64,000 bases of DNA from Myxococcota bacterium (GCA_039194325.1 JBCCWC010000008.1:1-64000), one strand, 5' to 3'. Counted from the stretch's first letter, positions 1-10,286 are shown. Notes: generated by a model not told the origin, from the sequence alone. Program-made: numbers and translations.

Positions 1-1093
1 GCAGAGCCTTGCGCACCGTGGCGGGGATCTTGGTGTCGGCAGGGGCGGGGCGCACCATGGTGGTACCCGCGATCGACCCCGGGCGCGCCGCGATCGCGGC
101 CTGTGAGTACGGCCGCTCGCCGTACAGAGCCTCGTAAAGAGCCACGCAGAAGCTGAACTGATCGCTGCGGGCGTCGACGGCCTCGCCGTAGCGCTGCTCC
201 GGGGACATATACGCCGGGGTGCCCATGACCATGCCGGGGTGCGTCAGCGTGGTGTCGAGGGAGAAGCCCGACGAGAAGTCGAAGCCAGAAGCCTCGCTGG
301 TGTCGAACAACTCGTCGGTCGGGTCATTGGTGCTTCGGGCAAGGCCGAAATCGAGGAGCTTCACCACGCCGTCTACACTACGCATGATGTTGTGGGGCTT
401 GAGATCACGATGAATCAGGCCCGCGTGGTGGGCGGCTGCGAGGCCTCGACCGGCCTGGCCGAAGGCGTCGAGCACGAGCCGCCAGTGGGGCTTGGTGCGC
501 AGCCAGGTCCCGAGGGTCTGGCCATGGATGAATTCCATGGCCAAAAACAGCTCGCCGTCGGCTTCGGATGCCTCATGGATCGTAACGACGTTTGGGTGAG
601 ACAGGCGAGCGAGCGCCTTGGCCTCGCGCAAAAATCGTAGGCGATGCTCCCCGCCCAGTAACTCGTCGTCGCGCAGGATCTTGATCGCAACCTTACGATC
701 GAGCTGCTGGTCGTAGGCGGAGTAGACGGTCCCCATTCCCCCGTACCCGACCCGCTCGAGCACCGTATACCGGCCGATCTGCGTCGCCACCGCAGGGTGG
801 GCGAACAGGCGCGCTCGCACCTTGTTGGCGATGTGCCCGTGGAGCGGTCGGAGACTCGCTTGATGCCCGAGCGGACTCGCGTCACCGATGCGTTGCGTCA
901 ACCCCCGCAGTCGGCCAGCAGGCGAACCTACGGTGCGGGTCGAGAACTCATTGGACACCAGATCACGAGTGAGGGTGATGTTCGCGACCGGTGGATGCGA
1001 GTGGAGTCCGCGCGCCTCCGCTGGTGCTGGCCACGAGTTCTCGCCGGGCGGTGCCTCGACGAAGTCTAATACTGCAAGCCGACTTCTACCCAT
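1..1093 (-). CDS. Hanks-type Ser/Thr protein kinase, partial (runs off the left edge; start uncertain)
   Basis: Manual translation gives IGRYTVLERVGYGGMGTVY, VAIK, HRDLKPHN, DFGLAR, GTPAYMSPEQ and DARSDQFSFCVALYEAL. The frame is open up to an ATG at 1093. Confidence 0.92.
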   Translation of the reverse strand, partial: MGRSRLAVLDFVEAPPGENSWPAPAEARGLHSHPPVANITLTRDLVSNEFSTRTVGSPAGRLRGLTQRIGDASPLGHQASLRPLHGHIANKVRARLFAHPAVATQIGRYTVLERVGYGGMGTVYSAYDQQLDRKVAIKILRDDELLGGEHRLRFLREAKALARLSHPNVVTIHEASEADGELFLAMEFIHGQTLGTWLRTKPHWRLVLDAFGQAGRGLAAAHHAGLIHRDLKPHNIMRSVDGVVKLLDFGLARSTNDPTDELFDTSEASGFDFSSGFSLDTTLTHPGMVMGTPAYMSPEQRYGEAVDARSDQFSFCVALYEALYGERPYSQAAIAARPGSIAGTTMVRPAPADTKIPATVRKAL

Positions 1094-1319
1094 TCCACTA
1101 AGATGAATGTCCCGTCATGTGAAATTCCATCATCGATTATTTCAGTTTTTTTCATCTCGCGATCATCGCCGCTTGTTGATCGGAGAACCACACGCAAGCA
1201 GGGGCCAAGTTGCCTGACCTCGCGTGCGGGGTTGAATACGCAGAACAACGTGCTCCCGAGGCCGGGGCGGGAAACCGCCGCATCTGGCCGCTCCGCACGA
1301 TCTCGCCGCCGGGATCCGG

Positions 1320-2312
1320 CTAGCTCTCCACGGGCACGAGCACCCGGTCCCACAGGTGAACGCCGTCGATCTGACCATACATGTGGCTGCCCGATTCGCC
1401 CGAGCCCAACATCATGAAGCTCTGCACCGGGATGAGCGGCTCGGCGTGAAGACCGGCGTCGACTTGTTGCCCATCGAGATAGAGCCGCATTTGGCCGGAA
1501 TCTGCATCGTACGTGGCTGTGACGCGGATCCACTCGTCCAGCGGGAGCACGGGGGTCGATATGGTCATGTCATTAATCCAAAAGGTCAGGCGCTCGCCGT
1601 CTGGCGAGCCTCCGAGCCAGAGTCCTTCTCCATGGGACCACTGGTCGACGAGGGTCCACTCGTGCGTGCGCTCGTGGATCTGAAACCGCGCCTCCACGCT
1701 GAATGTACCCGTGGGGTGAACCTGACTCCCGAGCACCAAGCGACCGCCATAACCCCAAAGGGTCAGCGTATTTCCCATGATGCCGTCGGCGATCTCAGCG
1801 GGCGGGATCAGGACCCCGGCGATACTGGAATCGTGGTCGTCGAACACCGTCAAGCCAGCAAAGGACTCGAAGTTCATACACAGCTCGAGACCGGCGTCGT
1901 CGGGGCACTCGGCCAGAGATTGCGGCCGAGGGTCGCCGCTGCTGCTCGACTCGTCCGGTTCGTCTTCGGTGGTGCCGTCGCTGGTCGAGTAGCCGGTGAC
2001 CGTGTTCGGTTCGCCGGGATCCGTGGTCGACGAGCCCATCGACTCTTCATCGGGCGTTGGCACGCAAGCATGGGCGACGTCGTCGGGGGCGTGCGCTCCG
2101 TAACGCTGTCCCGACCGGCAATCGCCATCCGAGAAGCTGCACCACCCGTTGTGTTGACACACCCCCGCGCGTGCCCCGTCGAGGCACTCATCGTCGTCGT
2201 TGCATGCGAATACGTCGTAGTCGCATGCTCCCATCGCGAGCCCCAGCGCCATGCCCAGGGCGAGCCCTGCGCTCAGCCGGGTCGCTCCCCTTCGGCTTCG
2301 GCTCCGCAACAC
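1320..2312 (-). CDS. Lipoprotein with Cys-rich N-terminus and C-terminal LamG/ConA-like domain
   Basis: Lipobox-like AMGA-C, a Cys-rich module, a Ser/Thr/Asp linker, then the LamG pattern FSVEARF...WIRVTATYD...MRLYLDGQ...GQIDGVHLWDRVL. Start uncertain (2312 or 2252). Confidence 0.8.
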   Translation of the reverse strand: MLRSRSRRGATRLSAGLALGMALGLAMGACDYDVFACNDDDECLDGARAGVCQHNGWCSFSDGDCRSGQRYGAHAPDDVAHACVPTPDEESMGSSTTDPGEPNTVTGYSTSDGTTEDEPDESSSSGDPRPQSLAECPDDAGLELCMNFESFAGLTVFDDHDSSIAGVLIPPAEIADGIMGNTLTLWGYGGRLVLGSQVHPTGTFSVEARFQIHERTHEWTLVDQWSHGEGLWLGGSPDGERLTFWINDMTISTPVLPLDEWIRVTATYDADSGQMRLYLDGQQVDAGLHAEPLIPVQSFMMLGSGESGSHMYGQIDGVHLWDRVLVPVES

Positions 2313-2531
2313 CCTGCGCTTTTTCGACCACGGGCCGATTGCGCTCCTTTGCACGCGCGTCGAACCCTCGAGAACACCGGAAGCGCCAGCGCAAGTTACG
2401 CGTTGCGATGACCAGGGCGGCATGAGCGGGATCAGTGTGTCGGAGTCCTTCCGGCTCCATCGGCCCAGGACGGCCGTAGAGGTTGCTCTGGGGGCTCGTA
2501 GAGGCAGTCACCCCGCCTCACCGAGAGTATT

Positions 2532-2554
2532 CAGATCTTTTGGAAAAAGATCTG
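2532..2554. promoter_or_regulatory. AT-rich perfect inverted repeat, candidate operator or hairpin
   Basis: CAGATCTTTT-GGA-AAAAGATCTG lies in the intergenic region between the calpain and LamG genes. Confidence 0.4.
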
Positions 2555-2854
2555 GCGCGCGTGATCGATAGCGGATCGGAGAGGAGCAGCAAGGGAAGCG
2601 CCGCCGACCGCGGGGGCGTCGCCGTGCAATGACAACGAGCCCTTCGAGCCGACCGCGCTCGAGCGATGGCTGCCGTGGCCGAGCGAGCAACTGCGACGAG
2701 CCGGCTCAACCGCGACAACGAGCGCAGCGAAGGGGTAGGTGCGATCGATCCCTGGGTCCGAGCGGCGGGCCGTGACCTCGCCCCGCCGTCTGCGGTTCCT
2801 CCCCCCGCCTCGTCTCACTCCTACCTCACAAACGAGGTGAGACTCAAGGCTGGT

Positions 2855-4837
2855 CTAGAACTGGCGAAACAACCACTCCTCGACCGAGAGGCTCATCCGA
2901 TTCGAGCCAGCGTCGGGAGTGAATGTCTCCTTGGCGCGATGGAGGCAGGCCATGCAATAGAGGTAATTGGACAATCCCATCGTCCCGCCGGCCCACGTCA
3001 TGATCCTCTCGATGCTCGGCTGGGACGCTGGGATTCCCGACGATTCGAGCAGGTCACGAAACTCGTAGATGCTCAGCTGACTGCTACGGTCTCCATCATG
3101 CTTCTTGAAATCGCCGACCCATGATCTCAGGATCGTCCACAGCGACTTGAATTCCTGGACATTCAGCTTCCCCGTATGATCTCGCTCGACATAACGGATC
3201 AGAGCACGACATGCATGGATGTCCACCTCACGCCCGTCGAGCTCCTTCTTGAACGCAGGCGTCAGCATCTCGACCAGCTCTTTTGGGTCGATCTCCCGAT
3301 CTTGCCCGGCGAGCTTATCGAAGAACGCCTGGAATTTCTGGTCTACCTCGGTATCGCCCGCGGCTGGAGAACTCTTGGATTCGGCCGGCGCAGACGACGC
3401 CCCTTCGCCCACGGCCCCGGATCGGCTCTCGACGTAAACACGCAACAAGAACTCGCCCTCTTCGTCCTTATCGAATGTGGAGGGGACGATGACGTACTCG
3501 CCCGGTGAAAGCCGGAACCGAGTCGTGATCTCTCTGGCGTTGATGAAGGCGTGAGAGCGGGCCGCGGACTTGTGGTAGAGAAAGTAGTCCTTCGACATCC
3601 TCCCATTGTCTTCGTATTGTTCGAAGTCGTCGGCCAGCTTGTAGATGGCGAAGCCGATGGTGAGGTTCTCGACTCCCGCGTGCTTTTGCTGTCGCCGGTT
3701 CTTCTGTAACAAGCTGACCACGAGGCTGGGCTCGCGGTCGTCCACGGCATTCAGGGTCACGCGGTACTGAGGGTTGAGGTAAAAGGTGTCGGGGAAGTTG
3801 CGACATCCGCCCGCACTGATGGATTTCCTCCACGAGCCATGCCACGCATGGGCCTCCCAGCCAAGCTCGGTATGGGGGACGAGCCGACCGATCTCCACCC
3901 GGGTGAAGTGCCGGGCGAAATCCTCATAGGACATCCAGAATTCCCCATCGTCGTCATATGTGACGCCGAGCTCGTGTTTCTCCGTGTCGGACAGCAGCAC
4001 CCACTCCTGGCTCCGGTCGCTCCAGGCCCCCGTCCACTCCCGCTCATTGCCCCAGGGATTCCGGATTCGAACCAGATCGACCTCGACGGATCCTCGCCGG
4101 GTTCGAGCAGAGACCCGATTGACGCCGGTGATGGTATACGCGTGCCCCTTGACGAGCCCGCTTTCTAGCTTGGCCTCGACTTGGTGGGGGGCCGCGCTGA
4201 TCGAACACCCCATGAGGCACTGCCGCTTGGAGGCTTGGAGCAGGTACTCGAAGAAATCGTCTGGAGCCTTGTCGAGCTCGAACACCTCTGCGATCCCACC
4301 GTTGAGATCGACCATGGCTTCCGACGTCTGGCCCCCCTTCAGGGCTTCGTAGCTGCCCATTAGCTTTGCATATGCCTTCTCGAGCAAGGCGGACCAGTAC
4401 TCGTTCGCCTCGCTCGAATGGAGGAAGACCAGTCGTCCGTTGTAGGTAGGCAACCGGTCGTCGACGATGACTTCCACCCACCTTCCCGCTTGCCAGAAAT
4501 TGAACTTCACGGCTCCGCAGTACCCGGGACCATCGAGCGGTTGCCCTTCGGGAACCACCCGATGGAGCCGAGATGAGTGCTGGGCGAGACCTGCGATTGC
4601 GGCGAGCAGCCAGTTGTTCCCCAGCGCGCCTTGCTCGATGTCCATGCGAGTACCACCGCCCACAAACATCTGCGGATTCTGCGTGATGTCCTTAGGACGC
4701 TTCCACTCAAGCGATCGGGAAGACGCTTTCGAGTAGAAGATAGACGCGTCGACGGCAGGAAAGTCGGGATCCTCCCAGGGCCGCCCGGCCTTTTGGACGT
4801 GCTTTTGGATTGCTTCTATGGTGAATTCTTGGGGCAT
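2855..4837 (-). CDS. Classical (animal-type) calpain-like protein: CysPc + domain III (C2L) + penta-EF-hand; catalytic Cys replaced by Asn
   Basis: Catalytic domain motifs: WEDPDFPA, WKRP, DIEQGALGNNWLLAA (canonical QGxLGDCW), EYWSALLEKAYAKL, GHAY, RIRNPWG, DGEFWMS. Domain III motifs: AGGCRNFPDTFYLNPQY, GEYVIVPSTF. C-terminal EF-hand helices: LAGQDREID, ERDHTGKLNVQEF, DGDRSSQLSIYEF. Confidence 0.95.
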   Translation of the reverse strand: MPQEFTIEAIQKHVQKAGRPWEDPDFPAVDASIFYSKASSRSLEWKRPKDITQNPQMFVGGGTRMDIEQGALGNNWLLAAIAGLAQHSSRLHRVVPEGQPLDGPGYCGAVKFNFWQAGRWVEVIVDDRLPTYNGRLVFLHSSEANEYWSALLEKAYAKLMGSYEALKGGQTSEAMVDLNGGIAEVFELDKAPDDFFEYLLQASKRQCLMGCSISAAPHQVEAKLESGLVKGHAYTITGVNRVSARTRRGSVEVDLVRIRNPWGNEREWTGAWSDRSQEWVLLSDTEKHELGVTYDDDGEFWMSYEDFARHFTRVEIGRLVPHTELGWEAHAWHGSWRKSISAGGCRNFPDTFYLNPQYRVTLNAVDDREPSLVVSLLQKNRRQQKHAGVENLTIGFAIYKLADDFEQYEDNGRMSKDYFLYHKSAARSHAFINAREITTRFRLSPGEYVIVPSTFDKDEEGEFLLRVYVESRSGAVGEGASSAPAESKSSPAAGDTEVDQKFQAFFDKLAGQDREIDPKELVEMLTPAFKKELDGREVDIHACRALIRYVERDHTGKLNVQEFKSLWTILRSWVGDFKKHDGDRSSQLSIYEFRDLLESSGIPASQPSIERIMTWAGGTMGLSNYLYCMACLHRAKETFTPDAGSNRMSLSVEEWLFRQF

Positions 4838-5524
4838 GATTGCTCTGATCTGAGTTTCGAAGAGACGTGCCGCCGAAGACTACAGAAACTCGATTCGGAT
4901 TTCTATATAGTCCATATGGCCCAGGGACCCTCGGGACGCCTCCCTAGATGTCGGACAGAGTCGGCAGGCAGAGTACACCAGAGCTAGATCCATGGTCAGC
5001 CCCAACGACTCCGGTCGCCGGCCCGCAGAGAGCAGAATCGAGATTCTCATCAACTGGCCATCGAACGGGCTCCAGGACTGAATCACGAGAAGCGATAAGT
5101 CGCCACATGTTGCTCTGCCTCGATTGTCTAGCTCAACGAACGGCAGGTGCCAATGTCGACCACCCTCGCAGCGAGCGTCCCCGAGGACGATGCTCGATGA
5201 TGCATCGCGGTCACCGCTCCACGAGACCACGTCGCGTGACCTGAAGGACACCAAACGTCGATGCGTCGATGGAAACGCCAGCACCGGCTCGTCTACGCGT
5301 CAGCACCGCGACCTGGGAACAACCCGAGCGCTCCGGTCCCGTCCGAAGAAGCTGCCGGCAGCCGTCGACTCACCGACCGCCCATGCTTTGCACTCCCCGT
5401 ACCCCTCGGACCAACCCACCGAACCCGCACCAGATCGACAGCAGGCCGCCCGCGACCGCCGGTGAGCCGACGACCCGCCCCCGGCCTTGTCGGCCGCCGC
5501 GGAACTTGCGAGCGTAGCCCGCAC

Positions 5525-6034
5525 ATGGAGTACCGCATCGAGGACACCTTCGACGTCTCCGCCGAGCGCTATTGGGAGATGTTCTTCTCCGAAGAGTACA
5601 ACTCGGCGCTGTGGCCCGCGCTCGACATCGGCTGGGAGCTGCTGAGCTTCGAGCGCTCGGGCGAGGGCCCACAGACTCGGATCCATCGCGAGCAGCGGCT
5701 CACCCCGAATCGCGAGGTCCCCAAGCTCATCTCCAAGTTCGTCAGCGGAGCTATCACCTACGTGGAAAAGAACGACTTCGTGGCCGCCGACAACGCCATG
5801 AAGTCGGTGACGATCCCGGGCTTCGCCGCGGATCGGATCAACACGGTGGGCACCTACCGCGTCGAGCCCCTCGGGGACGCCAAGTGCAAACGGGTGTGGG
5901 ATGGAGTATGCGAGTGTCGGATCCCGCTCATCGGCGGCAAGGTGGAGAAGATGCTCGTCGAGGAGGTCCACGAGTCGTACCGCCGCACCACGGACTTCAC
6001 CCGCGACTGGATCGCCAAGCACCTGTCGGGCTGA
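5525..6034 (+). CDS. DUF2505-like (START/SRPBCC fold) protein
   Basis: MEYRIEDTFDVSAERYWEMFF...RIPLIGGKVEKMLVEEV is the typical pattern of this family. Confidence 0.7.
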   Translation: MEYRIEDTFDVSAERYWEMFFSEEYNSALWPALDIGWELLSFERSGEGPQTRIHREQRLTPNREVPKLISKFVSGAITYVEKNDFVAADNAMKSVTIPGFAADRINTVGTYRVEPLGDAKCKRVWDGVCECRIPLIGGKVEKMLVEEVHESYRRTTDFTRDWIAKHLSG

Positions 6035-6195
6035 GCGGGGTCTTCATGCCGAGGCCGGCTCGGAATGCGCGACGGTGTCGCGCCCGGCCTCGGTCTTGCC
6101 CAAGCGGCACCCAGGAGGGACGAAATGATCGAGCGAGCCTGCGCGCGCGACCCGCCGGGGCGGCTCGCCGCAAGACCGGGCTACCATCGTAAACC

Positions 6196-6981
6196 GTGAG
6201 GCCCCGAACCGTGAGGCGAACCGCAATCAAGGAGCGACTCGCGCTGTCCGGCGTCCCGCTCGGCGTCCTGCTCGGACTCCCGCTTGGCCTCCCGCTTAGT
6301 GGATGCGTGGCGGAGTACCGCGCCACGGTGGAGACCGAGACGGACGCCGAGACGGAGTCTGCCGACACCGAGGGCGACGGGACGGACACCGTCGTGACCC
6401 CGCCCGCCGATTGCGCCGAAGACTATGTGCTGTGCGACGGTGAATGCATCGATCCCAGGTGGGATTCGAACCACTGCGGAGACTGCGACGAGGCCTGCCT
6501 ACTCGACACGATGTGCGTCGACGGCGAGTGCATCCGACCCTGCGGGCCCGAGTGCGATCCGGCAACCAGCGTATGCGACGACGGAGCCTGTCGCTGTCGC
6601 CCCGAGCTGGTCAACTGCAATGGGATCTGCGCGAACCTCTTCGGAGACCCCTCACACTGCGGCGCCTGCTGGGACGAATGCCCCGAAGACCTCCCAGTCT
6701 GCGGCGATTTCGAATGCCACGGCGATTGCCAGGAGTTCGTAGACGCGTGCGAGGAGACGTGCACCGACTTCGCGTTCGATCCCTTCAACTGCGGATCTTG
6801 CGGGCACATCTGTGACGAGGGGGAGATCTGCGCGGACGGAGAGTGTGCGCCGTACTTCCCGCTCGATCCGGTACAGTGCGAGGACTGTCCGTGCCCCGAG
6901 GCCTGCGACATGCTGTGCTGCTGGTCGATCGTACTGGACACCAATGTCTGCGTAGACGGACTGCTGTGTCCTCCCGAGTAG
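6196..6981 (+). CDS. Cys-rich repeat lipoprotein (MXAN_6577/Stig1-like repeats)
   Basis: Lipobox LSG-C and three CxDxxxDxxH/NCGxCxxxC units. Confidence 0.8.
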   Translation: MRPRTVRRTAIKERLALSGVPLGVLLGLPLGLPLSGCVAEYRATVETETDAETESADTEGDGTDTVVTPPADCAEDYVLCDGECIDPRWDSNHCGDCDEACLLDTMCVDGECIRPCGPECDPATSVCDDGACRCRPELVNCNGICANLFGDPSHCGACWDECPEDLPVCGDFECHGDCQEFVDACEETCTDFAFDPFNCGSCGHICDEGEICADGECAPYFPLDPVQCEDCPCPEACDMLCCWSIVLDTNVCVDGLLCPPE

Positions 6982-7435
6982 GCGCGCCCTCGTCGGATCT
7001 CATCGGCTTGCGCTCGACCCATCCGCCCACCAACGCCTCCCACGAACGATCCAAGGCGTACATACCGGTCGGTCCACGAGATCCTCCTGAGTACATTCGA
7101 AACGGTGGCGGTTGCGGAGCTTCGCTCGGCCGGCTCGTACGCCGCCCGTGACCTGATGGCCGCCGTGCTGTTGCCAGCGGGTTGCCGATCTCTCGCCGAG
7201 CCGATCGACCCCACCGATCTGGGCCCTGCCGACCACTCCCGGCGCAGGCGCCAAGACCTCGGGCCGCCGTCGCCTGGCCCGAACAGCGAGCAACCCTTTG
7301 ACATTACGTGCTTTTTTTTGAGCGCGCGCGATCGCTCGACCCCAACGGAGAGGTCACGCTCACGGATCTGGAGGAATTTCGAGCGGCTCGTAATCGCCCC
7401 ACGGACGCGCAATTCCGTCTACGCTGCCGGGGATC

Positions 7436-8173
7436 ATGCACTTCGGACTACGACGACTGAGCATCGCTTCGATCATCCTGCTGGCCACCGCCTGTCTCGA
7501 GGGAGGTGAGACGGATTCCTCCGACTCGAGCACCAGCACCAGCACCACGCCGTCCACCAGCGACAATCCCACGACGACACAGAGCGATCCCTCGGGGACC
7601 TCGTTGCCCACGGGCAATGGCCCGGACACCAACGTGGATTCTGGTGACACCACGGGCGACCCTCCCCCCGACGACACGGAGACCGAGGGCAACACGGCGG
7701 GAGGCCCCGAGGACAACGACGCCGCCTGCATGGACGGGATCGACAACGACAGCGACGGCTTCATCGACTGCGAGGATTTCGACTGCACGATGAGCGAGAC
7801 GGTGACTGTGTGCACAGAGAGCACCGCCGAGCAGTGCATGGACGGGATCGACAACGACGGCGACGGCTTCACCGACTGTGAAGACTTCGATTGCTCGATG
7901 GACAACCCGAAGGTCGATTTTTGCGACAACACCTGTCCCCCCGACATGCAGGGCCCCGAAGACACCATGGAGGCCTGCTTCGACGGCTGCGACAACGACG
8001 GCAACGGCTTCACCGATTGCCAAGATTTCGCGTGCTCGATGAACAACCCGAACGTCATGGGCTGCGAGTCCACCGATGAAGAGTGCATGGACGGCGTCGA
8101 CAACGACAACGACGGCTTCACCGATTGCGACGACTTCAGCTGCTCGATGAACCCCAACGTCACCGTCTGCTAA
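7436..8173 (+). CDS. Lipoprotein with four CxDGxDNDxDGxxDCxDxxC repeats (likely Ca/metal-binding)
   Basis: Lipobox LATA-C, a Thr/Ser linker and four Asp/Cys repeats. Confidence 0.85.
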   Translation: MHFGLRRLSIASIILLATACLEGGETDSSDSSTSTSTTPSTSDNPTTTQSDPSGTSLPTGNGPDTNVDSGDTTGDPPPDDTETEGNTAGGPEDNDAACMDGIDNDSDGFIDCEDFDCTMSETVTVCTESTAEQCMDGIDNDGDGFTDCEDFDCSMDNPKVDFCDNTCPPDMQGPEDTMEACFDGCDNDGNGFTDCQDFACSMNNPNVMGCESTDEECMDGVDNDNDGFTDCDDFSCSMNPNVTVC

Positions 8174-8404
8174 CATCCGCCTCATCTCGGGCCCGCTCCA
8201 TCCCGAGCCCGCTCCATCCCGAGCCATGACGACCCAGGTCCGGCGCCATCACGGCCTGCCGCACCTGGGTCGAACGCTTTCGAACGACGAACGGCGAACG
8301 ATGACCGGCAGATGAACCGGAGCCCTCGGCACACATGGTCATCCTGCCCCACCCAGCCGCGGCAGTCGCAAAATGCCCCACGGAAATTCGGGTCGAATAA
8401 TCGC

Positions 8405-8433
8405 TTGAAGACCCTAGCCCGAGTGCCTACCTT
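8405..8433 (+). promoter_or_regulatory. Candidate sigma70-type promoter
   Basis: TTGAAG-N17-TACCTT, about 145 nt upstream of the GTG at 8578. Confidence 0.4.
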
Positions 8434-8577
8434 GCCAAGATGAGGGCCACGCAGGCCCCGAGGATCCGGGTGGCGACACGTCGCTCACCCGGACAGCTCG
8501 GGGTCGCCGGAGTGATGGGACGCAGGGGGCGTCCACCCGCTCCGTGTGCTCCGACCATCCGGAAGGATCACAACTAC

Positions 8578-10146
8578 GTGAAGAACGTCTGCATCATCGC
8601 GCTCGCCGTCTCGGCGAGCACGCTCGGCGCCTGTGATCGAGCCGCTCCCACGGTGCCCACGAGCTCCGGCGCCAATAGCGCAAACGCCACACAGCCTCAC
8701 TCTGTAGCGTTCTTGGACGATCTGGCGTCGAGCGCCCGCCACGTCCAGACCGTCGCCGGCTTCGACCTCGAGCTCGCGCAAAGCGGCGACGACATCACCC
8801 TCGACTGGCAGGATTTCGGGGGGCCCTACGAGGTCTGGCGCTCGACCGATCCCTACTTCGCGCCGGGCCATGCGGGCGCGACGATGCTGGCGGGCGGACT
8901 GACGATGACCAGCCACGTCGACGTCGGGGGAAACGACGACACGAGCTACTACTACCGGATCGAAGCAGCCACCGGACTGAGCACGATCGCCGGTAAGTAC
9001 GTCCAGGGTTGCGCGCCCGGGTACAACAAGATCTCCCAGCCACTCATCACCAGCGAGCAGACCGCCTCGGAGTTCTTCGACTCATTCGACAGCGCGCCCA
9101 GCTCGGTCCACCTGTTCGACGCGACCACCCAGCGCTATGCCACGTGGACAAAGAACTACGACCCCAGCTGGGGCATGTTCTCCTACGGCCTGGGCCAGTG
9201 TCCGATCGTACGCCCGTCGTGGGACACGGGCCCCTTCGCCCACAAGACCGTGGGGCACGTGCCCGCCTTCGGACACATGCAGATCACGCTGCAGCCCGGG
9301 CACAACTACGTCACCCTGCCCCTGTCCTTCGGTGACATGATGGCCAGCGAGCTGCTCGAGCTGCTGCCCGAGCACTCGACGGTGGCCTCCTTCACCCCGG
9401 CGGGCCCCGGGGCTCCCTACCGCGGAGGCGCGGGAGACTTCGAGATCGACGCCGGCTCGTGCATCGCCGTGTCGGTGACCGATGCCGCCGACTGGCCCCC
9501 GCCCTACGATCCCCTGCACGACCTCGACGACGAGTTCGACGACCCCAACCTCCCCGGTTGGACGCAGCATAACGGCGAAGGCGCGACGGTGACGGTGCAG
9601 GGCAGACAGTGCATCGTCGAGCCCGATCCCAACACCGTCTGGTACAACAACCAGCAGGGGTATCACCTGTGCAAGCCGGTCAGCGGAAGCTTCGCCGTGA
9701 CCGCGGATCTGACGGTGACCAACGCGGCCGGAGGCCCCGCAGCCCCCGGCGATCTGTTCCGGATCGGCGGGCTGATGATCCGCGACCCCGAGAGCCCTGC
9801 GCCCAACACCTACCACGTGGGCCTGGGCGTGCTCGACGACCCCAACACGCTGATCTTCGAGCACAAGAGCACCGACGACGGCACGAGCACCGTGGGCTCC
9901 ACCCCCTACGGGCAAAGCAAGGCCGAGCTCCGCATCTGTCGGGTCGACGGCGAGGTTCATGGCCTCTACCGGGCACCCGGCGGTGAGTGGACACTCGCAC
10001 ACACCGAGGCCCGACCCGATCTACCCGACACCGTGCTCGCGGGCCCGATCGCCTACGCGCTGCAAAGCGACCCAGATCTACGCTGCACGGTGGACTCGGT
10101 CACCTTCAAGACAGCGATCGAACTCGACGACTGCACGACGGACTGA
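8578..10146 (+). CDS. Multi-domain lipoprotein (FN3-like N-terminal domain, C-terminal ConA/DUF1349-like beta-sandwich)
   Basis: Lipobox TLGA-C; ITLDW...YEVWRS...YYYRIEA (FN3-like); LDDEFD...GGLMIRD...LRICRVDG...WT (ConA-like). Confidence 0.7.
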   Translation: MKNVCIIALAVSASTLGACDRAAPTVPTSSGANSANATQPHSVAFLDDLASSARHVQTVAGFDLELAQSGDDITLDWQDFGGPYEVWRSTDPYFAPGHAGATMLAGGLTMTSHVDVGGNDDTSYYYRIEAATGLSTIAGKYVQGCAPGYNKISQPLITSEQTASEFFDSFDSAPSSVHLFDATTQRYATWTKNYDPSWGMFSYGLGQCPIVRPSWDTGPFAHKTVGHVPAFGHMQITLQPGHNYVTLPLSFGDMMASELLELLPEHSTVASFTPAGPGAPYRGGAGDFEIDAGSCIAVSVTDAADWPPPYDPLHDLDDEFDDPNLPGWTQHNGEGATVTVQGRQCIVEPDPNTVWYNNQQGYHLCKPVSGSFAVTADLTVTNAAGGPAAPGDLFRIGGLMIRDPESPAPNTYHVGLGVLDDPNTLIFEHKSTDDGTSTVGSTPYGQSKAELRICRVDGEVHGLYRAPGGEWTLAHTEARPDLPDTVLAGPIAYALQSDPDLRCTVDSVTFKTAIELDDCTTD

Positions 10147-10286
10147 CGTCTCGACACGATACACAGGCGCGGTGCCTCACCGTGGGACGATCGTCTCGCT
10201 TCGAGACGGTGACCAGCCTCGCCGACTGCTTGGCAGACTGACCGCCCGAAGGTCGAGCCGCTCGGGACTCGCTCCTACGCGAGCCC

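Noticed and set aside
2620..2740. ERWLPW-containing frame as an IS66 transposase tail
   Set aside because: Too short; no other transposase motifs, terminal repeats or target duplication.
4880..5284. 134-aa ORF upstream of calpain
   Set aside because: No motif, weak codon bias and no clear RBS; treated as intergenic.
7298..7325. TTGACA as a sigma70 -35 element
   Set aside because: No -10-like hexamer at 16-18 nt spacing.
8515..8535. TGGGACGCA as part of a c-di-GMP-I riboswitch
   Set aside because: The GNRA-capped P2 stem, GCAAA elements and P3 receptor are not present.
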